Positions 61,101 through 64,000 of a stretch of 64,000 bases of DNA are shown in pieces. The number at the start of each line of letters is the position of its first letter. The stretch's first letter is position 1. Origin of the DNA: Myxococcota bacterium (GTDB lineage Bacteria > Myxococcota_A > UBA796 > CAJQPC01); NCBI GenBank assembly GCA_036229005.1, contig JAZAMN010000052.1:1-64000 (forward strand), written 5' to 3'. The notes beneath the pieces are model-generated. The model had not been told where the DNA came from and made no database searches. It worked only from the letters and a program-made list of their open reading frames with translations. The position numbers and the translations under genes are program-made.

Positions 61101-62157
61101 CGCGCAGCATGCCGATGGTCTCGGCGTTGCCCTGGAGCTGCTCCCGCCACTGCCCGAGCTGCTCCAGCGCCTGCTGGTCGTGGGAGCGGCCGTCGACCTC
61201 GTCCTCGTTCTGCTCGCGGCCCTGGGCCTGCATCTGCTGGGCGTCCGCGCCGTCGTCCCGGGAGCGCATGGCGGGCGCCGCGCTCTGGGAGCCGCCGCTC
61301 GAGCCCGTGTCCGTGCCGCTGTCCGCGTGCACGTCGCCCAGGGTGCTGGCCTCGATGCCGGGGCCCTGGGAGAGCCCGCCGTCCAGGGTGGGCAGCAGGC
61401 TGGTGGCCATGGACTCGGCCTCCAGCTCGACCGCGTCCGTGGGGCTGGAGACGGCCATGCCGCCGTCGGTGGTGTTGGCGCCCTGGCTGGCGTTCAGCCG
61501 CCCCTCGTAGTGCTGGACCACGTGGGTGAGCTCGTGGAGCAGCAGGCGGATCGAGCCGGTGTCCCGCAGGTCCAGCTTGCCGTGCCCAAAGTAGATGTGC
61601 TCGCCGACCGTGTAGGCCTTGGCGTTGATCGCCCGGGAGGCCTGGGCCGCCGCGCCGTCCGCGTGCAGGCGCACCCCCGAGAAGTCCACGCCACCAAAGG
61701 CGGACTCCAGCTTGTTCCTGGCAAAATCCGGGAGGGGACGGCCGCCGCGGGCGGAGGCCACCCGCACCCGGCTGTCGGCGTCGCGGGCGAAGGACTCGTC
61801 CTGGCCGTGCTCGGCGTCGCGGGCCATGAAGGCGGCCACGGCGCTGTTGGAGAGCATGCCGCTGCCGGCGCTCTCGGGGCCGAGGCCGGCGCTGCCCAGG
61901 GTGAGGGCCGACTGGATCAGCGGCGCGGGGCCTTCGACCGAGCCGGACAGCGCCGCCTGGATCAGGGTGTTTCCGTAGTGCCCGTGGAGCGATGCGCTCA
62001 GGCCGGCGTGGTGCTCAGCGGCAGGCTCGGGGCGAGAGAGGATCCCCGCGCTGCTGGTGCTGTTCTGCTCCTCCTGGGAGGACCTGGGCTGGACGATGGC
62101 CTCGGGGCGAGGCCGATGGCCTTGTCGTTCCGAGGCAGAGGGGTCCGGTCGAGCCAT
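55177..62157 (-). CDS. Giant triple-DUF4157 (eCIS core domain) protein with duplicated cargo module
   Basis: Three G..LP...VR.H...A.A.T.G..I.F...L.(H/E)EL.H blocks, an SH3-like segment and an internal ~800-aa duplication. Confidence 0.88.
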   Translation of the reverse strand: MARPDPSASERQGHRPRPEAIVQPRSSQEEQNSTSSAGILSRPEPAAEHHAGLSASLHGHYGNTLIQAALSGSVEGPAPLIQSALTLGSAGLGPESAGSGMLSNSAVAAFMARDAEHGQDESFARDADSRVRVASARGGRPLPDFARNKLESAFGGVDFSGVRLHADGAAAQASRAINAKAYTVGEHIYFGHGKLDLRDTGSIRLLLHELTHVVQHYEGRLNASQGANTTDGGMAVSSPTDAVELEAESMATSLLPTLDGGLSQGPGIEASTLGDVHADSGTDTGSSGGSQSAAPAMRSRDDGADAQQMQAQGREQNEDEVDGRSHDQQALEQLGQWREQLQGNAETIGMLREQVGTWDSLPENERKTLWRDALQNVLMLVRTSLRAISAALEASDAGLKLGAKLQGIGSLLSLVGWAVQDPGPASGEVKDERTKETRDESDPSEGGFKGLVGFVQDTTGADQSADFGAATLGKVLDGAGQLMAAMQEFLGGVEDLRSGVDELKHVKDEKKNQAAKDRRGLDQGQLSKVVAQLDGRADALKAKLALGGAAEVTESEQTETSPTADQPTTANSGLEQEDAALNGLRDAKVKERGAALKNAPKHLKRAWAGQLEAGTRLGVEEPLRAWSKVKVLEGPQKGAWGYVDRHYLRAENREPGRAATKDRRLERPKAAETQHRSAAGVMARSSVADRPTTGGAALPAKIKEMFRPILGRAIDEVRVHTDGEAGAFASKLAANAVTTGRDIYFNKGQFQTSGEQGLTLLAEELHHAVFGGGKPGVSQPGDDHERKATAFAEGAVSGGLLDVLDATFGEKVEPGLAQGRKRHPRRALQGIKNGVPTRVIRRLGDALGTEHGSGLPAGAPGVGLPELGVGGTPRTLRPPQVEAPVHTPKPDEAVANRQEAAGATPDYSAMTVAELREIVYADDHTIRYRQVGGNWRPHNAGGISEAEFLAAKEELDSRSPSPGINRPGMSHDAWLGGEGRVGDLAPGTGTLFGGGPDARGRDSIIEGGIRQAADGRTYAVVQGPDGNNRVVWGTRGMSAEEMRQRVDERAAAPVGPEGHPVLSNVDAEAEIYSGGATLIDETYGLHDAWGEDTIVPEEGGYRRTGELSTGGVEVGVDAKVAVGAGGLSAQVGAQAEGELVHYQDEFRWESPGIDIGGESFSGAVILKVDAFVGAEARAQLQAEVGNMQGSSLQNLTARTQEVQQRFEGSGNNVTGSVGAFAGARVRLGAGVELLWNKQDPSAYTQRATQNAAAMIAVVTAPVPGLSWLVNRMGADEVLAQVLAAPGFWGAAGSVRIAWVEAELEGSAGIGANAAATAGFAGGSFHMSFGANATWGLGMGVQVGVTFGVLDGGRLGIVIAGELHEAAVNFLREQFRNLSAWGSDLMDRFWSWLSADDLAQEAVENDAHKCFDAQKRGEMLASLASGWTGGAQEDAMYEILRYSSAEANDVDAVIAASGWSRRHLRGEIGNERWGSLGLSRNAAGPMARNRFVLPPPRGGGQALPTQLQSKFGPLFGAGVGQVRIHTGSEAQAFAGSVNANAVTVGTDIFFNKSTFDPSSAAGLKLISEELHHAVVGGGGPGISQPGDAHERQALGFADRLVGGGLLETIDGLLGGSSRQEQEGGAQQAAETLPQQVLAQLQGQLPPAVLSRLQQQLGLAGGAEAQSEAGLMRAEGAVGASRQTQPSAPSQTPTGGGTPDLSSATDDALKNLFYAADGSVRYRRSGGQWTANQPGPVPLETFLAARQELLSRGKLGAVNGSGRNQGLFNTYSQNTIGAGSHADHAQTGAVNLGGAFAGTGARPSPLDSPGRDHITDFRTARDGRRYAVATGADGRNVVVWGARDSSDEDLRQRADRQLAGVHQTPARNNLWDRTAKEVQLAGFSHNEVWLDESVAGDRWSGAETVGGGTTSGSYDVLGVEAGGKTRLEVTTDGVELEAAVEARAKLVEWKQKWEWQTEQYNIAGEAFSATFFVSIDAFVGAEAKANITAKINASRGQRSIDGDGILEGLETETQTESDGTAVTTASGPEAQTSGDGPGAVNASAGAFAGAKVRLGAGLAANWHKKDQNTYGAQMENTITSLVDTASSAVPGLGWILRQIGADEVAKSVLTDLITWGPAGKKPILGVEATGEGSLGVGAQIAAKVGFSGGKLSFTWGANVTWGVGLGAKVGVTIDALEGVKLALIVGGELAGIAADFITQQVSQLGGWAKGLWDKFWGWFSADDKVREAVANRAHELADAGQRAEMLGTLMSGWTGGDDQDAMIEILRFSKVNGDLGAVLRAAGHNTVRDELDGSRRTEFDRLVTGPRNPDGSDQSGGTSRRRRRRRNN

Positions 62158-62258
62158 TCGTGCTCCCTTCGGCGCCGAGCCTCAACATAGCAGACTCAAG
62201 GTGGAGGATCCCCCCCTTTGTGGCCGCTGTCAGGGCGCCGCTTCCCTGACCCCCGGCC

Positions 62259-62567
62259 TCAGAAGCAGGCGGTCTCCGAGCCCACCTGGTCGCCGCCCTG
62301 GACGAACTCCACCTGCTGGCAGGTCTGGCTGGCGTCCGCGCACTGGAACTCGTCCGCGCCCACGCAGAGCTCGTGGCACTGCCGGTCCCCCACCGGCTCG
62401 TCGCAGACCTCCTGGCCGTTCTGGGTGTAGCAGGCGTAGACAAAGTGGCAGATCTCGTCCTCGCCGCAGTCGCTGTTGTCGCAGCAGGCGCGGTCTTCGG
62501 CCTCGCAGGCGTCGCGGGGGTGGACGGCGGGCTCCGCGCAGGCGATGGCCAGCAGCAGCGCAATCAT
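62259..62567 (-). CDS. Small Cys-rich lipoprotein
   Basis: MIALLLAIAC, ATGA overlap, many Cys residues. Confidence 0.75.
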   Translation of the reverse strand: MIALLLAIACAEPAVHPRDACEAEDRACCDNSDCGEDEICHFVYACYTQNGQEVCDEPVGDRQCHELCVGADEFQCADASQTCQQVEFVQGGDQVGSETACF

Positions 62568-63010
62568 GGGACCTCCTCGGGCGCCCAGGTTCCGCTGGGG
62601 CCGTGGTCTTTGGTGAGCACCAGGCTGCGCTGGGTGTGGGGGCTGACGCAGCGCCCCTCCTTCCACTGGAAGGGCGGGATCAGGCAGTCCCAGGCCCCCC
62701 CTCGCAGCGGGTGGAGCACGTGTCGCCACCAGCGGGCGTCCTGGCCAATGGTCGTCTCCACCGTCCGGTAGCCCGGCAGGCTCACGCGCAGGTGGAAGCG
62801 GCAGCGTCGACGCACCCGCTTTTTGGGGTCGCAGCCCGTGTCCGCGCGCAGGTGCGGCCAGGTCACCACCGTGAACTCCAGAGGCGTGGTCCCCACCGTG
62901 CGGCGGTTGACCTGCACCTGAGCGCCCGGCGGCTCCGTCTCGACGCGGACCTTGTGGGGGAAGCACCCCAGGAAGGCGCCCAGCAGCAGGAGGGTTTGCA
63001 GCATGCGCAT
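62564..63010 (-). CDS. PEGA domain lipoprotein
   Basis: FLGC lipobox; VETEPPGAQVQVN...GTTP...LPGY. Confidence 0.75.
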   Translation of the reverse strand: MRMLQTLLLLGAFLGCFPHKVRVETEPPGAQVQVNRRTVGTTPLEFTVVTWPHLRADTGCDPKKRVRRRCRFHLRVSLPGYRTVETTIGQDARWWRHVLHPLRGGAWDCLIPPFQWKEGRCVSPHTQRSLVLTKDHGPSGTWAPEEVP

Positions 63011-63050
63011 AGAATAGTCCGCCCTGCCCTCCCCGCCCTCTGGTGCCTCC

Positions 63051-63512
63051 GTGTCTCTGCTGCTCCTGCTCCTGCTCCAAGCGCCCACCGCCCAGGCCGC
63101 AGACCGACAGGCCCGCGTGGAGCTCCGCCAGAAGCGCCGCGCGACCGCCCAGCTCCAGGAGATCACCGACAGCTACTGGCAGGCCCTGCGCTGGAACAAG
63201 GTCGAGCAGGCCGCCGCCTTCCTGGTGGACCCGGACGAGCGCATGGACTGGATCGCCCAGGGCGTGTCCGAGCCGGGCAAGAGCTTCCGCGGCGTGCGCA
63301 TCCTGCACATCGAGGTCGGCCCCGGCCTGGAGGACGACCCCGAGGGCGATGAGCGCGAGGCCACCGTGCTGATCGAGGTCGAGGTCTACGGCAGCGATCA
63401 GGTCATCCGCCGCGAGGTGCGCCAGCAGACCTGGGTGCTCCGGGACGGGAGCTGGTACGTCGCCCCAGGCCAGCGCGTCGGAGAGCCTCGTCCCCAGCCA
63501 TCCGGGGGTTAG
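63051..63512 (+). CDS. Secreted hypothetical protein (NTF2-like)
   Basis: Signal peptide; YWQALRW...QTWVLRDGSWY. Confidence 0.7.
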   Translation: MSLLLLLLLQAPTAQAADRQARVELRQKRRATAQLQEITDSYWQALRWNKVEQAAAFLVDPDERMDWIAQGVSEPGKSFRGVRILHIEVGPGLEDDPEGDEREATVLIEVEVYGSDQVIRREVRQQTWVLRDGSWYVAPGQRVGEPRPQPSGG

Positions 63513-63522
63513 GTTGCCGCCA

Positions 63523-64000
63523 ATGAACGGCCCCTCCGATCCCACGCAGCACCAGATGGACCCCAAGCTCGAGGCCGCCCTGGAAGCGATCCTGGGCCCC
63601 CTCTCCCGCTACCACGACCACCAGGTCGTCGGGCTCGACAATGTGCCCCGCTCCGGCGGCGTGCTGATGGCCTTCTCCCACAGCTTCGCGACCTACGACG
63701 GCTTCCTGACGGGCCACAAGATCTACCACCACACCGGCCGCCTCCCCCTGGCGCTGGGCGACAACCTGATCTTCAGGATCCCCGCCCTGCGCAAGCTGGC
63801 GTGGGACATCGGGATCCGGCCGGGCAACCACGAGAACGGGCAGGCGCTTCTGGCCCAGGGCGCCATGCTGATGCTCGCCCCCGGCGGGATGCGCGAGTCC
63901 CTGCGCCCCAGCACCCACTACGGGAAGGTCGAGTGGGGCCGCCGCAAGGGCTTCGTGAGGCTGGCGATCCGCGCCCAGGCGCCCGTCCAGCTCGTGGCCT
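63523..64000 (+). CDS. 3'-truncated lysophospholipid/diacylglycerol acyltransferase
   Basis: Read directly: GLDNVPRSGGVLMAFSHSFATYD, APGGMRES and RKGFVRLA. Runs off the window; start is 63523 or 63556. Confidence 0.85.
   Translation, partial: MNGPSDPTQHQMDPKLEAALEAILGPLSRYHDHQVVGLDNVPRSGGVLMAFSHSFATYDGFLTGHKIYHHTGRLPLALGDNLIFRIPALRKLAWDIGIRPGNHENGQALLAQGAMLMLAPGGMRESLRPSTHYGKVEWGRRKGFVRLAIRAQAPVQLVA

Overview
This is a gene-dense, very GC-rich bacterial window, most consistent with a Myxococcota-type genome (MYXO-CTERM tails, PEGA/TPR proteins, Ser/Thr kinase, SWIM-SNF2 helicase, many lipoproteins). It holds about 50 CDS; I recognised no rRNA, tRNA or CRISPR array. Five things stand out. (1) A RAYT-like HUH/Y1 transposase has a consensus sigma54 promoter and an upstream pair of oppositely oriented 31-bp tandem arrays; a second array pair with the same 31-bp inverted architecture but different sequence lies 4 kb away. 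(2) A 2326-aa protein carries three DUF4157 (eCIS core) domains, two with HExxH changed to EELHH, and a duplicated ~800-aa cargo module. (3) A sigma54-driven operon encodes a circularly permuted ATP-grasp enzyme, an AstE/AspA peptidase, a GshB-like ligase and a sigma54 activator, followed by a second sigma54 promoter for a small acidic protein. (4) A kinase / TPR-TonB receptor / lipoprotein operon suggests trans-envelope signalling. (5) Smaller observations are ultra-short lipoprotein signal peptides, a myxobacterial LexA-like box, a candidate structured leader RNA, two pseudo-enzymes and two probable CTG starts. All family assignments come from motif recognition by eye, not from database searches.
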